64,000 bases of DNA from Candidatus Latescibacterota bacterium (GTDB taxonomy: Bacteria; Latescibacterota; UBA2968; UBA8231). Each line of letters opens with the position of its first letter. The first letter of the stretch is position 1. The notes beneath the pieces were generated by a model, which saw nothing but the letters and a program-made list of their open reading frames with translations, did not search any database and was not told the origin of the DNA. The stretch lies in assembly GCA_965204725.1 (NCBI GenBank), contig OZ242005.1:1440001-1504000 (forward strand), written 5' to 3'. Shown here piece after piece: positions 39,515 through 50,286 of this stretch. The position numbers were made by a program, and so were the translations under genes.

Positions 39515-41413
39515 TCACCGGCCCCCCGAAAACTCCGCTTCCCAGAGGGTGCGGTTCTCTGAGGAAATCCACTGGCCGATATGGATGCGGCTGATGGCGT
39601 AAGCGGGGAGCGGGACGAGCGCGATACATTGGTCGGCTACCCGCTCGCCGTGCCAGTCGAAATGGAAGTCGAGATTTTCAGAACCGTATCGTTTGCGGTG
39701 GGCTGGCAGGTTCATCGGGTCAGTGGGGACGAGGTGCAAGACGAACTTCGCCTGTATGTCCGCAGGGGCGCACGGCTCTTTGCGGTAGATCAGCTTGCGT
39801 TTCGTGCGGTACACGCCCCAGCCGGCGCGAACCACTCGCTCGCTCGCCTGTTGGATGAGTTGCTGCACATAGCGTTGTTTGCGGGCATGATGCCTTTTCT
39901 CATCGAAGGGTTCGGTTGCCGTGCGGCGGAGGACGAGGCCGTCGGCCAGTTCGGCTACGGTTTCCACGCCGGGCAGGACGCGGAGGTCTGTGTCGTCGTA
40001 GCCGAGAAAAGATCGCTGAGAGCCTCTATCAAACCAAACGATATGCACTCCAGCCTCGATCTCGGGCCACCGCAGCCTACGCGAGAGGTTTCGGTACTTG
40101 CCCGGGGCGGCCCTATCCGCAAGCCAAGCAAGTGCTCTGTAGTTGGTGTAAATCGTGCCCTCGATATGATTGTCTCGCAGGTAGTTCAGAATCTTGGAGT
40201 GTTGCCAACGGGCGATGTTGTGCGTCCAGTCTTGTTCGTATCCAGTTCGCCATGCTTGGGCGGTAAGAATGAGGTTTTTTCGCGCCGAGAAGCCGACGTG
40301 GGCGAGGGTGGCCAGCAAGACGAGGGCCGCGAGACCGTAGCGGATGGCCGCCATCCGGCCCGCCGCCTCAATGGATAGGAATTGGTCCAGCAAGAACACG
40401 GCCGTCAACAGCAGCGGCACGTATATCGGCAGCAGGTAGCGGCTGTCGATGCCCTGATAAACCGTGAGGGGCGCGACCGCGACCATGAATACGAGGTAGG
40501 TCAAGGCGAATCCCCCGAAAGGGAGCGCTGGCCCTAAGCGGACATATACCGGCGCGGCCTCTGGGGCGGCGCGGAGGACGACCACCACGCCAGCGAGGAC
40601 GACCGCGGCGACGGCCAGCCCCAGCAGATACGCCAACCCGTCCGGCGCGTTGGGGGGGACGACCCACGTGCGGAACACCTCGATGGCTTGGCCCAGCCCA
40701 GCGGATAGGGACTGCCCCGAGGGATAGCGGTCCCCTGTGGCTTGAGTCAGGCTCCCGATGGCCGCCCAATTCCGCGCCAATACCGCTAGCAAGGGCAGGG
40801 ACGAGATCGCGCCAAAGACGAGGGTGTGTTTAGGCCGGGCAAGAGGCCACAGGATGAGGACGCCGGCGGCGATTAGAGCCACGCCCGGATAGCGGGTCAG
40901 GGCGGCCAGCGCGGTGAAAACCGCCGCCCACAACAGGGGGGGCCACACCGTCCGCCGGTTGAGGAAGGACGCCAACTGGATCAAGGCGAGGAGCGGGAAT
41001 AGGACGAAGAGGGGCTCGGTGATGTGGTAGGACGCGAAATGGGTGAGGGGCAGGGAAGCCGCGAGGGTCGCGGTAGCGGCCAGTGCCAGCAGCCGCGACC
41101 GGAGATTCGAGCGCAGCCAGCACCCGGCGGCGAGGATGGTCAGCCCGAAGGCGGTGGCGTTGATCCACCGACCCGCCTCTAGCGGATCGACGCCGACCCA
41201 AGCGAGGGCCGCTAACAGCAGGGGGAACAAGGGCGGCCATCCTGTCAGCGGCCTACCCGTGAAATATCGCCAGCCTTCTCCCTCGAGGAAGTTCAGGGCC
41301 GTGGACATGAAAACGATGGAGTCCGAGTTGAGCACTGCGCCGTAGGTGGCGGTGCGGACGAGGATGTGCGCGGTGCCCAGCCCGGCGAGGACGACGATGG
41401 TAAGAACAATCAT
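39515..41413 (-). CDS. array copy 13
   Basis: Start trimmed to ATG 41413 (MIVLTIVV); loop VLNSDSIVF. Confidence 0.85.
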   Translation of the reverse strand: MIVLTIVVLAGLGTAHILVRTATYGAVLNSDSIVFMSTALNFLEGEGWRYFTGRPLTGWPPLFPLLLAALAWVGVDPLEAGRWINATAFGLTILAAGCWLRSNLRSRLLALAATATLAASLPLTHFASYHITEPLFVLFPLLALIQLASFLNRRTVWPPLLWAAVFTALAALTRYPGVALIAAGVLILWPLARPKHTLVFGAISSLPLLAVLARNWAAIGSLTQATGDRYPSGQSLSAGLGQAIEVFRTWVVPPNAPDGLAYLLGLAVAAVVLAGVVVVLRAAPEAAPVYVRLGPALPFGGFALTYLVFMVAVAPLTVYQGIDSRYLLPIYVPLLLTAVFLLDQFLSIEAAGRMAAIRYGLAALVLLATLAHVGFSARKNLILTAQAWRTGYEQDWTHNIARWQHSKILNYLRDNHIEGTIYTNYRALAWLADRAAPGKYRNLSRRLRWPEIEAGVHIVWFDRGSQRSFLGYDDTDLRVLPGVETVAELADGLVLRRTATEPFDEKRHHARKQRYVQQLIQQASERVVRAGWGVYRTKRKLIYRKEPCAPADIQAKFVLHLVPTDPMNLPAHRKRYGSENLDFHFDWHGERVADQCIALVPLPAYAISRIHIGQWISSENRTLWEAEFSGGR

Positions 41414-41430
41414 TTGCGTCGGTGTCCTTA

Positions 41431-43365
41431 TCACCGGCCCGCCGGAAACTCCGCTTCCCATAAGGTGCGGTCCTCTGCGGAAATCCACTGGCCGATATAG
41501 ATGCGGTCGATGGCGTAGTCGGGGAGCGGGGCGATCACCATACATCGGTCGTCGAACCGCTTGCCGTACCAGTCGAAATGGAAGTCGAGGTTATCGGAAT
41601 CGTACTGCTTGCGGTCGGGCGGCAGGTTCGCTGGGTCGGCGGGGACGACGTGTAGAACGAACTTCGCCTGTATGTCCGCAGGATCGCACGGTTCTTTGAG
41701 GTAAATCAGCTTGCGTCCGGTGCGGTACACGTTCCAGCCGGCGCGAACCACTCGCTCGCTCGCCTGTTCGATGAGTTGGTTCACGTAGCGTTGTTTCCGG
41801 GCGAGATGTCTGTCTGGATCGAAGGGTGCGTACGCCGTGCGGCGGAGGACGAGGCCGTCGGCCAGTTCAGCCACGGTTTCCACGCCGGGCAGGACGCGGA
41901 GGTCGAGGTCGTCGCAGTCGGGATAAGATTGCTTGTAGAACGTATAGAACCTATCAAACCAAACGATATGCGCCCCGGCCTCGATCCACCGCATTTTGTT
42001 GCGCTGGATATTTCGGTGCTTTCCTGGGACCGCGGCCCGATTCACAAACCAAGCAAGTGGTATGTGGCTGCTGTAAATCCTGCTCTCGATATGGTTGTCC
42101 CGCAGGTAGTTCAGCGTCTCGGACTGTTGCCAATAGGCGACGTTGTACGTCCCGTCTCCGTACCCGGCTCGCCATGCTTGGGCGGTACGACGGAGGTTTT
42201 CGTACGCCGAGCAGCCGACGTGGGCGAGGGTGGCCAGCCCGACGAGGGACACCAGCCCGTAGCGGACGGCCACCATCCGGCCGGCCGCGGCGATGGATAG
42301 GAACCGATCGAGCAGCAACGCCGCCTCCAACAGCAGCGGCACGTATATCGGCAGCAGGTAGCGGCTGTCAATGCCCTGATAAACCGTGAGGGGCACGACC
42401 GCGACCATGAATACGAGGTAAGCTACGGAAAACGCCTCGAATGGGAGCGCCGGATCCAACCCGAAGGACCGGGGCGCGGCCTCTGGGTCAGGCTGGCGAT
42501 AGCGAAGGACGACCGTGGCACCGGCGAGGACGACCGCGGCGACGGCCAGCCCCAGCAGATACGCCAACCCATCCGGCGCGTTGGGGGGGACGATCCACGC
42601 GCGGAAGACATCAACGGCTTGGCCCAGCCCATCGAATAGGGGTTGCCCCGAAGGCTCTCTGTTCCCTGTCGCTCGGGTCAGGTCCCCGGTGACCGCCCAA
42701 TTGTGCGTCAACACCGCCAGCAAGGGCACGGACGAGATCGCGCCAAAGATGAGGGTCTGCCTTAGCCGGGCGGTGGGCAGCAGCACGAGGACGCCAGTGC
42801 CAATCAGTGCCACGCCCGGCCAGCGGGTCAGGGCGGCCAGTGCGGTGAAAACCGCCGCCCACCACAGGGGCGCGGTCGTCCGCCGGTTGAGGAAGGCCGC
42901 CAACTGAATCAAGGCGAGGAGCGTGAGCAGGACGAAGAGGATTTCGGTTTCGAGGAAGGCCGCCCAATGGCTCAAGGGCAGCGCGGCCGGGATGGTCGCA
43001 GTAGCCGCCAGCACCAGCCAGCGCGACCGGAGATGCGAGCGCAGCCAGCACCCGGCGGCGAGGATGGTCAGCCCGAAGGCGGTGGCGTTGATCAACCGAC
43101 CTGCTTCCAGCGGATCGACGCCGATCCAACCGCTGGCCGCCAGCAGCAGGGGGAACAAGGGCGGCCATCCCACCATCGGGCCGCCCGAGAAAAACCGCCA
43201 GCCCTCTCCCGCGAGAAAGTTTATGGCCGTAGAAAGGAAAGCTGTGCCGCCTGGGCCGACCGCGGCGCCGTAGGTGGCGGTGCGGACGAGGATGTGGGCG
43301 GTGCCCAGCCCGGCGATGCAGGCGATGAGCAGGGTGGTGCGGTCGCGCCAGAACCGGGCGATCAC
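41431..43365 (-). CDS. array copy 14, loop Asp replaced by Gly
   Basis: GTG start overlaps the upstream TGA; loop AVGPGGTAF. Confidence 0.83.
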   Translation of the reverse strand: MIARFWRDRTTLLIACIAGLGTAHILVRTATYGAAVGPGGTAFLSTAINFLAGEGWRFFSGGPMVGWPPLFPLLLAASGWIGVDPLEAGRLINATAFGLTILAAGCWLRSHLRSRWLVLAATATIPAALPLSHWAAFLETEILFVLLTLLALIQLAAFLNRRTTAPLWWAAVFTALAALTRWPGVALIGTGVLVLLPTARLRQTLIFGAISSVPLLAVLTHNWAVTGDLTRATGNREPSGQPLFDGLGQAVDVFRAWIVPPNAPDGLAYLLGLAVAAVVLAGATVVLRYRQPDPEAAPRSFGLDPALPFEAFSVAYLVFMVAVVPLTVYQGIDSRYLLPIYVPLLLEAALLLDRFLSIAAAGRMVAVRYGLVSLVGLATLAHVGCSAYENLRRTAQAWRAGYGDGTYNVAYWQQSETLNYLRDNHIESRIYSSHIPLAWFVNRAAVPGKHRNIQRNKMRWIEAGAHIVWFDRFYTFYKQSYPDCDDLDLRVLPGVETVAELADGLVLRRTAYAPFDPDRHLARKQRYVNQLIEQASERVVRAGWNVYRTGRKLIYLKEPCDPADIQAKFVLHVVPADPANLPPDRKQYDSDNLDFHFDWYGKRFDDRCMVIAPLPDYAIDRIYIGQWISAEDRTLWEAEFPAGR

Positions 43366-45641
43366 CGGCTGGCTGGAAACTCTGCTTCCCATAAAGTGCG
43401 GTCCTCTTCGGCAATCCACTGGCCGATCTGGATGCGGCCGATGGCGTAGTCGGGGAGCGGGGCGATCACCGTACAGTGGTCGTCGAACCGCTCGCCGTAC
43501 TGGTTGAAATAGAAGTCGCGATTATCGGAATCGTACTGCTTTCGGTGGGGTGGCAGGTCGGCGGGGTCGGCCGGGATGATGTGCAGAACGAACTTCGCTT
43601 GTACATCGGCGGGGGTACACGGTGCTTTGCGGTAGATCAGGTTGCGTTCGGTGCGGTACACGTTCCAGCCGGCGCGCACCACTTGCTCGCTGGCCTGTTG
43701 GATGAGTTGCTGCAACCGGACCGGCGGCAACTTTGCTTCCCAGAGAGTGCGGTCCTCTTCAGGAATCCACTGGCCGATCTGGATGCGGTCGATGGCGTAG
43801 TCGGGCAGCGGGGCGATCACCGTACAGTGGTCGTCGAACCGCTCGCCGTACCAGTCGAAATGGAAGTCGCGATTATAGTAATCGTACTGCTTGTGGTCGG
43901 GTGGCAGGTCGGCGGGGTCGGCCGGGACGACGTACAAAACGAACGTCCCCTGTACGTCGGCGGGGGTACACGGTGCTTTGCGGTAGATCAGCTTGCGTCC
44001 GGTGCGGTACACGTTCCAGCCAGAGCGGGCCACTTGCTCGCTGGCCTGTTGGGTGAGTTGCTGCACGTAGCGTTGTTTCCGGGCGTGATGCCTTTTTGCA
44101 TCGAAGGGTTCGACCGCCGTGCGGCGGAGGACGAGGCCGTCGGCCAGTTCGGCCACGGTTTCCACGCCGGGCAGGGCCCGGAGATCGAGGCCGTCGTAGC
44201 CGAGAAAAGCTCGACCAAAGCCCCTCTCAAGCCAAACGATATGCGCCCCGGCCTCAATCTCGGTCCACCGCGTCCTGCGCTGGAGAACTCGGTGCTTTTC
44301 TGGGCTGGCGGTCCGGTCCGCAAACCAAACAAGTCCTCTGCGGTTGCTGTAAATCCTGCCCTCGATATGGTTGTCCCGGATATAATTCAGCGTCTCGGAC
44401 TGTTGCCAAGGGGCGGCATTGTACGACCAGTAATTGTACAACTCGTATCCGGCGACATAAGCTTGGGTGGTACGACGGAGGTTTTCGTGCGCCGAGAAGC
44501 CAACGTGGGCGAGGGTGCCCAGTAAGACGAGAGACGCCAGCCCGTAGCGGATGACAACTAGCCCGCCCGCCGCGGCGATGGACAGGAACCGGTCTAGCAA
44601 AAACACGGCCGTCAACAGCAGCGGCACGTATATCGGCAGCAGGAATCGGAGGCTGATTCCACTTGGAACTGTGAAGGGCACGATGGCGGTGATGAATAAG
44701 GAGTAGATCAAGACGAACGCCCCGAATGGGAGTGCCGGCCCCAAGCGGAAGGACCGCGGCGCGGTGCGTTCGGGGTTGCGAAGGATGACCGTCGCACCGG
44801 CGAGGACGACCGCGGCGACGGCCAGCCCCAACAGATACGCCAACCCATCCGGCGCCGTTGGGGGGACGATCCACGTGTGGAACGCATCAACGGCTTGGCC
44901 CAGCCTATCGAAAAGGGGTTGCTCCGAAGGCTCTCTGTGCCCTGTCGCCCGGGTCAGGTTCCCGGTGACCGCCCAATTCCGCGTCAATACCGCCAGCAAG
45001 GGCACAGACGAGATCGCGCCAAAGACGAGGGTCTGCTTGCGCCGGGCGGTGAGCAGCAGCACGAGGACGCCAGTGCCAATCAACGCCACGCCCGGCCAGC
45101 GGGTTATCGCGGCTAGTGCGGTGAAAACCGCCGCCCACCACAGGGGCGCGTCCGTCTTGCGGTTGAGGAAGGACGCCAACTGCCTCAAAGCGAGGAGCGT
45201 AAATAGGACGAAGAGGGGCTCGGTTATGAAGTGGGACGCGAAATGGCTCAAGGGCAGGGAGGCCAAGATGGCCACGCTGGCGGCCAGTGCCAGCCACTGC
45301 GACCGGAGATGCGAGCGCAGCCAGCACCCAGCGACGAGGATGGTCAGCCCAAAGGCCACGGCGTTGATCCACCGACCCGCCGCCAGCGGATCGATGCCGA
45401 CCCAACCGCCGGCCGCCAGCAACAGGGGGAACAAGGGCGGCCACTGCACCATCGGTCTGCCTGTGAAATCCCGCCAGCCCTCTCCCGCGAGGAAGTTTAT
45501 AGCCGTAGAAAGGAAAATCGAGGAGTCCTGGCCGACCGCGGCTCCGTAGGTGGCGGTGCGGACGAGGATGTGTGCTGTCCCCAGCCCAGCGATGCAGGCG
45601 ATAAGCAGCACGAAGGGGTCGCGCCAGAACCGGGCGATCAC
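43362..45641 (-). CDS. array copy 15, two C-terminal domains
   Basis: GTGA-coupled start; loop AVGQDSSIF. Confidence 0.83.
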   Translation of the reverse strand: MIARFWRDPFVLLIACIAGLGTAHILVRTATYGAAVGQDSSIFLSTAINFLAGEGWRDFTGRPMVQWPPLFPLLLAAGGWVGIDPLAAGRWINAVAFGLTILVAGCWLRSHLRSQWLALAASVAILASLPLSHFASHFITEPLFVLFTLLALRQLASFLNRKTDAPLWWAAVFTALAAITRWPGVALIGTGVLVLLLTARRKQTLVFGAISSVPLLAVLTRNWAVTGNLTRATGHREPSEQPLFDRLGQAVDAFHTWIVPPTAPDGLAYLLGLAVAAVVLAGATVILRNPERTAPRSFRLGPALPFGAFVLIYSLFITAIVPFTVPSGISLRFLLPIYVPLLLTAVFLLDRFLSIAAAGGLVVIRYGLASLVLLGTLAHVGFSAHENLRRTTQAYVAGYELYNYWSYNAAPWQQSETLNYIRDNHIEGRIYSNRRGLVWFADRTASPEKHRVLQRRTRWTEIEAGAHIVWLERGFGRAFLGYDGLDLRALPGVETVAELADGLVLRRTAVEPFDAKRHHARKQRYVQQLTQQASEQVARSGWNVYRTGRKLIYRKAPCTPADVQGTFVLYVVPADPADLPPDHKQYDYYNRDFHFDWYGERFDDHCTVIAPLPDYAIDRIQIGQWIPEEDRTLWEAKLPPVRLQQLIQQASEQVVRAGWNVYRTERNLIYRKAPCTPADVQAKFVLHIIPADPADLPPHRKQYDSDNRDFYFNQYGERFDDHCTVIAPLPDYAIGRIQIGQWIAEEDRTLWEAEFPASR

Positions 45642-47959
45642 CGGCTGGCCGGAAACTCTGCTTCCCATAAAGTGCGGTCCTCTTCGGCGAGCCACTGGCC
45701 GATATAGATGTGGTCGATGGCGTAGGCGGGGAGCGGGGCGACAGCGATACAGTGGTCGTCGAACCGCTCGCCGTACTGGTAGAAATAGAAGTCGAGATTC
45801 TCCGAACCGTACTGCTTTCGGTGGGGTGGCAGGTCGGCGGGGTCGGCCGGGATGACGTGCAAAACGAACTTCGCCTGTACATCGGCGGGGGTACACGGTG
45901 CTTTGCGGTAGATCAGCTTGCGTCTGGTGCGGTACACGGTCCAGCCGGCGCGCACCACTTGCTCGCTGGCCTGTTGGATGAGTTGCTGCAACCGGATCGG
46001 CGGCAACTTTGCTTCCCAGAGGGTGCGGTCCTCTTCAGGAATCCACTGGCCGATATGGATGCGGTCGATGGCGTAGGCGGGGAGATGGGCGATCGCGATG
46101 CACTGATCGCCCAGCCGGAAGCCGAGGGATTTCCGCCGAGAGCCATAGTCGAAATAGAAGTCGAGATTCTCCGAACCGTACTGTTGGCGGTGGGGTGGTA
46201 GGTCGGCTGGGTCGGCTGGGACGACGTCCAAAACGAACGGTGCCTGCACGTCGGCGGAAGTGCATGGCTCTTTGCGGTAGATCAGCTTGCGTCTGGTGCG
46301 GTACACGTTCCAGCCAGCGCGGCGTACTTGCTCGCTGGCCTGTTGGATGAGTTGGTCTATGTAGCGTTGTTTGCGGGCGCGATGCCTTGCCGCATCGAAG
46401 GGTTCGTACGCCGTGCGGCGGAACACGACGCCGTCGGCCAGTTCGGCCACGATTTCTATGCCGGGCAGGAGACGGAGGTCCAAGTCGTCGTAGCCGAGAC
46501 GTTCTCGACTCTCATAATAGAACTCATCAAGCCAAACGATATGCGCCCCAGCCTCGATCTCGGCCCACCCCATCTTGTGCGGGATGTTTCGGTACGTTCT
46601 CAACTTAGCGGCGGTCCGATCCCCAAGCAAAGCAAATGTTGCCTTGTTGCTGTAAACCCTGCCGACGATATGGCTGTCCCGGATGTACTGCAGGGTCGCG
46701 GAATGTTGCCAGCGGGCTTGCCAGCGGAGGAGCTTTCTCGGCGTGTTTTTTCTGTACCCGGCGACATAAGCTTGGGTGGTACGGAGGTTTTCTCGCGCCG
46801 AGAAGCCGACGTGGGCGAGAGCACCCAGCCCGACGAGGGCTGCCAGCCCGTAGCGGACAGCCCCAGCCCACCGCCCTATGGACAGGAAGCGATCGAGCAA
46901 AAACACCGCCACCAACAGCAGCGGCACATATACCGGCAACAGGTAACGGAAGGGGAACGGACAGGGGGTCACGAGCGGCACGATGGTGACCATGAATACG
47001 AGGTAGGCTACGGCGAACCCCCCGAAGGGGAGCGCCGGCCCCAACCCGAAGGGGGGCGACTTGCCGCCCCTGCCTACGCTGCGACCCGACCAAACGACGA
47101 CTGCCCCCGCTGCCAAAATGACTAGCCCAGCCGCCATCGACAGGAGATAACCCAACCCGTCCGGCGCGTTGGGGGGAATCGCCCACTCCCGGAATACAAC
47201 CGCCATTCGGCTCATCGTATCGAATAAGGACTGACCCGACCCGCTTCTACTCGCCCCGGTCAGGGTCCCGGAGACCGCCCAGTTGTGCGTCAGCACCCCT
47301 GCGAGGGGAATGGACGCGACTGCACCAAATACGATGGTGTGCTTTAACCGAGTGGTCAGCGGCGGGGCGCGACGCACCAGCAGCACGAGGACGCCGGTGC
47401 CGATTAGCACCACGCCCGGATAGCGGGTTATTGCGGTCAGCGCGGTGAAAACCGCCGCCCACCACAGGGGCGCGGCCGTCTTGCGGTGGAGGAAGGCCGC
47501 CAACTGGATCAAGGCGAGGACCGTAAACAAGACGAAGAGGGGATCGGTTATGAGGCGGGACGCCCAATGGCTCAAGGGTAGGGAGGCCGCGATGATCGCG
47601 GTGGCGGCCAGCGTCAGCCACTGCGACCTAAGATGCGAGCGCAGCCAGCACCCAGCGGCGAGGATGGTCAGCCCGAAGGCCGCGGCGTTGATCCACCGAC
47701 CCGCTTCCAGCGGCTCGATGCCGACCCAACCGAAGGCGGCCAGCAACAGGGAGAACAAGGGCGGCCATATTGTCATCGGTTCGCCCGAGAATTCCCGCCA
47801 GCCCTCTCCCGCGAGGAAGTTCAGGCCCACCTGAAGGAAGGCAGCTATGTGGATTGGGCTGGGCGAGGTGGCAATGCGGACGAGGATGTTCGCGGTGCCC
47901 AGCCCGGCGATGCAGGCGATGAGCAGCACGAAGGGGTCGCGCCAGAACCGGGCGATCAC
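45638..47959 (-). CDS. array copy 16, two C-terminal domains, loop Asp absent
   Basis: GTGA-coupled start; loop TSPSPIHIAAF. Confidence 0.83.
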   Translation of the reverse strand: MIARFWRDPFVLLIACIAGLGTANILVRIATSPSPIHIAAFLQVGLNFLAGEGWREFSGEPMTIWPPLFSLLLAAFGWVGIEPLEAGRWINAAAFGLTILAAGCWLRSHLRSQWLTLAATAIIAASLPLSHWASRLITDPLFVLFTVLALIQLAAFLHRKTAAPLWWAAVFTALTAITRYPGVVLIGTGVLVLLVRRAPPLTTRLKHTIVFGAVASIPLAGVLTHNWAVSGTLTGASRSGSGQSLFDTMSRMAVVFREWAIPPNAPDGLGYLLSMAAGLVILAAGAVVVWSGRSVGRGGKSPPFGLGPALPFGGFAVAYLVFMVTIVPLVTPCPFPFRYLLPVYVPLLLVAVFLLDRFLSIGRWAGAVRYGLAALVGLGALAHVGFSARENLRTTQAYVAGYRKNTPRKLLRWQARWQHSATLQYIRDSHIVGRVYSNKATFALLGDRTAAKLRTYRNIPHKMGWAEIEAGAHIVWLDEFYYESRERLGYDDLDLRLLPGIEIVAELADGVVFRRTAYEPFDAARHRARKQRYIDQLIQQASEQVRRAGWNVYRTRRKLIYRKEPCTSADVQAPFVLDVVPADPADLPPHRQQYGSENLDFYFDYGSRRKSLGFRLGDQCIAIAHLPAYAIDRIHIGQWIPEEDRTLWEAKLPPIRLQQLIQQASEQVVRAGWTVYRTRRKLIYRKAPCTPADVQAKFVLHVIPADPADLPPHRKQYGSENLDFYFYQYGERFDDHCIAVAPLPAYAIDHIYIGQWLAEEDRTLWEAEFPASR

Positions 47960-50286
47960 CGGCTGGCCGGAAACTCTGCTTCCCATAAAGTGCGGTCCTC
48001 TGCGGCAATCCACTGGCCGATATGGATGCGGCCGATGGCGTAGTCGGGGAGCGGGGCGACAGCGATACAGTGGTCGTCGAACCGCTCGCCGTACTGGTTG
48101 AAATAGAAGTCGCGATTATCGGAATCGTACTGCTTGCGGTGGGCTGGCAGGTCGGCCGGGTCGGCCGGGATGACGTGCAGAACGAACTTCGCCTGTACAT
48201 CGGCGGGGGTACACGGTGCTTTGCGGTAGATCAGCTCGCGTTCGGTGCGGTACACGTTCCAGCCGGCGCGCACCACTTGCTCGCTGGCCTGTTGGATGAG
48301 TTGCTGCAACCGGATCGGCGGCAACTTTGCCTCCCAGACGGTGCGGTCCTCTTCGGCCATCCACTGGCCGATATGGATTCGGCTGATGGCGTAGTCGGGG
48401 AGCGGGGCGATCACCGTACAGTGGTCGTCGAATCGCTCGCCGTACTGGTTGAAATAGAAGTCGAGATTATCAGAATCGTACTGCTTGTGCTTGCGGTGGG
48501 CTGGCAGGTCGGCGGGGTCGGCCGGGACGACGTGCAAAACGAACTGCCCCTGCATGTCGGCGGGGGCACACGGTGCTTTGCGGTAGATCAGGTTGCGTTC
48601 GGTGCGGTACACGTTCCAGCCGGCGCGCACCACTTGCTCGTTGGCCTGTTGGATGAGTTGGTTCACGTAGCGTTGTTTCCGAGCGTGATGCCTTTTTGCA
48701 TCGAAGGGTTCGTATGCCGTGCGGCGGAACACGACGCCGTCGGCCAGTTCGGCCACGATTTCCATGCCGGGCAGGACCCGGAGGTCGAGGCCGTCGTAGC
48801 TGAAATAAGCTCGGTTATAGAACGGCGCAAACCAAACGACATGCGCCCCGGCCTCGATTTTGGTCCACCGCATCGCGAGCATGATACGTAGGTGCTTTCT
48901 CGGGGCGGCGGTCCAATCCGCCAACCAAGCGAGTGATTTCTTACTGGTGTAAGTTCTGCCCGCGATATAATCCGCCAACCAAACAAGTGGTTTCTTGTTG
49001 GTGTACATCCGGCCCTCGATAGGGTTGTCCCGCAGGTATTTCATAGTCTCGGACTGTTGCCAATAGGCGGTGTCGCCGTACCCGGCTCGCCATGCTTGGG
49101 CGGTAACACGAAGGTTTTCGTGCGCCGAGTAGCCGACGTGGGCGAGGATGGCCAGCCCGACGAGGGACGCCAGCCCGTAGCGGACAGCCCCCATCCAGCC
49201 CGCCGCCTTGATGGACAGAAACCGATCGAGCAAAAACACGGCCGTCAACAGCAGCGGCACGTATATCGGCAACAGGTAGCGGCTATCGACGCCCTGCATA
49301 ACCGTGAAGGGCACGACGACGATGAGGAATACGAGGTACGCTACGGCGAACCCCCCGAAAGGGAGAACCGGCCCCAAGCGGAGAGGGTCATTCCGGCCGT
49401 TGTTGCTTCGGATTCGGGCGGCGCGGAGGATTACCGCCACGCTGGCGAGGACGACCGCTGCGACCGCCAGCCCCAGCAGATACGCAACCCCGTCCGGCGC
49501 GTTGGGGGGGATGACCCACGTGCGGAACACCTCGACGGCTTGGCCCAGCCCAGCGGATAGGGACTGCCCCGAGGGATAGCGGTCTCCTGTTGCTCGAGTC
49601 AGGCTCCCGATGGCCGCCCAATTCCGCACCAATACCGCCAGCAAGGGCACGGACGAGATCGCTCCAAAGATGAGGGTCTGCTTGCGCCGGGCGATGGGCA
49701 GCAGGATGAGGACGCCAGTGCCGATCAGGGCCACGCCCGGATAGCGGGTCAGGGCGGCCAGTGCGGTGAAAACTGCCGCCCACCATAGGGGCGCGGTCGT
49801 CCTTCGGTTGAGGAAGGACGCTAGCTGGGTCAAGGCGAGGAGCGGAAACAGGACGAAGAGGGGCTCGGTTCGGATTTGGGGTGCCCAATTGCTCAAGGGC
49901 AGGGAGGCCGCGATGATCGCGGTGGCGGCCAGCGTCAGCCACTGTGACCGGAGATGCGAGCGCAGATAGCAGCCGGCGGCGAGGATGGTCAGCCCGAAGG
50001 CCGCGGCGTTGATCCACCGACCCGCCGCCAGCGGCTCGATGCCGACCCAACCGCCGGCCGCCAGCAACAGGGGGAACAAGGGCGGCCATCCTGTCAGCGG
50101 TCTGCCCCTTAAATCCCGCCAGCCTTCTCCCGCGAGGAAGTTCAGGGCCGTGGATATGAAAGTAATGGAATCCGCGTTGACCCCCGCGCCGTAGGTGGCG
50201 GTGCGGACGAGGATGTGTGCTGTCCCCAGCCCGGCGATGCCGGCGATGAGCAGGGTGCAGGGGTCGCGCCAGAACCGGGCGATCAC
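47956..50286 (-). CDS. array copy 17, two C-terminal domains
   Basis: GTGA-coupled start; loop GVNADSITF. Confidence 0.83.
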   Translation of the reverse strand: MIARFWRDPCTLLIAGIAGLGTAHILVRTATYGAGVNADSITFISTALNFLAGEGWRDLRGRPLTGWPPLFPLLLAAGGWVGIEPLAAGRWINAAAFGLTILAAGCYLRSHLRSQWLTLAATAIIAASLPLSNWAPQIRTEPLFVLFPLLALTQLASFLNRRTTAPLWWAAVFTALAALTRYPGVALIGTGVLILLPIARRKQTLIFGAISSVPLLAVLVRNWAAIGSLTRATGDRYPSGQSLSAGLGQAVEVFRTWVIPPNAPDGVAYLLGLAVAAVVLASVAVILRAARIRSNNGRNDPLRLGPVLPFGGFAVAYLVFLIVVVPFTVMQGVDSRYLLPIYVPLLLTAVFLLDRFLSIKAAGWMGAVRYGLASLVGLAILAHVGYSAHENLRVTAQAWRAGYGDTAYWQQSETMKYLRDNPIEGRMYTNKKPLVWLADYIAGRTYTSKKSLAWLADWTAAPRKHLRIMLAMRWTKIEAGAHVVWFAPFYNRAYFSYDGLDLRVLPGMEIVAELADGVVFRRTAYEPFDAKRHHARKQRYVNQLIQQANEQVVRAGWNVYRTERNLIYRKAPCAPADMQGQFVLHVVPADPADLPAHRKHKQYDSDNLDFYFNQYGERFDDHCTVIAPLPDYAISRIHIGQWMAEEDRTVWEAKLPPIRLQQLIQQASEQVVRAGWNVYRTERELIYRKAPCTPADVQAKFVLHVIPADPADLPAHRKQYDSDNRDFYFNQYGERFDDHCIAVAPLPDYAIGRIHIGQWIAAEDRTLWEAEFPASR

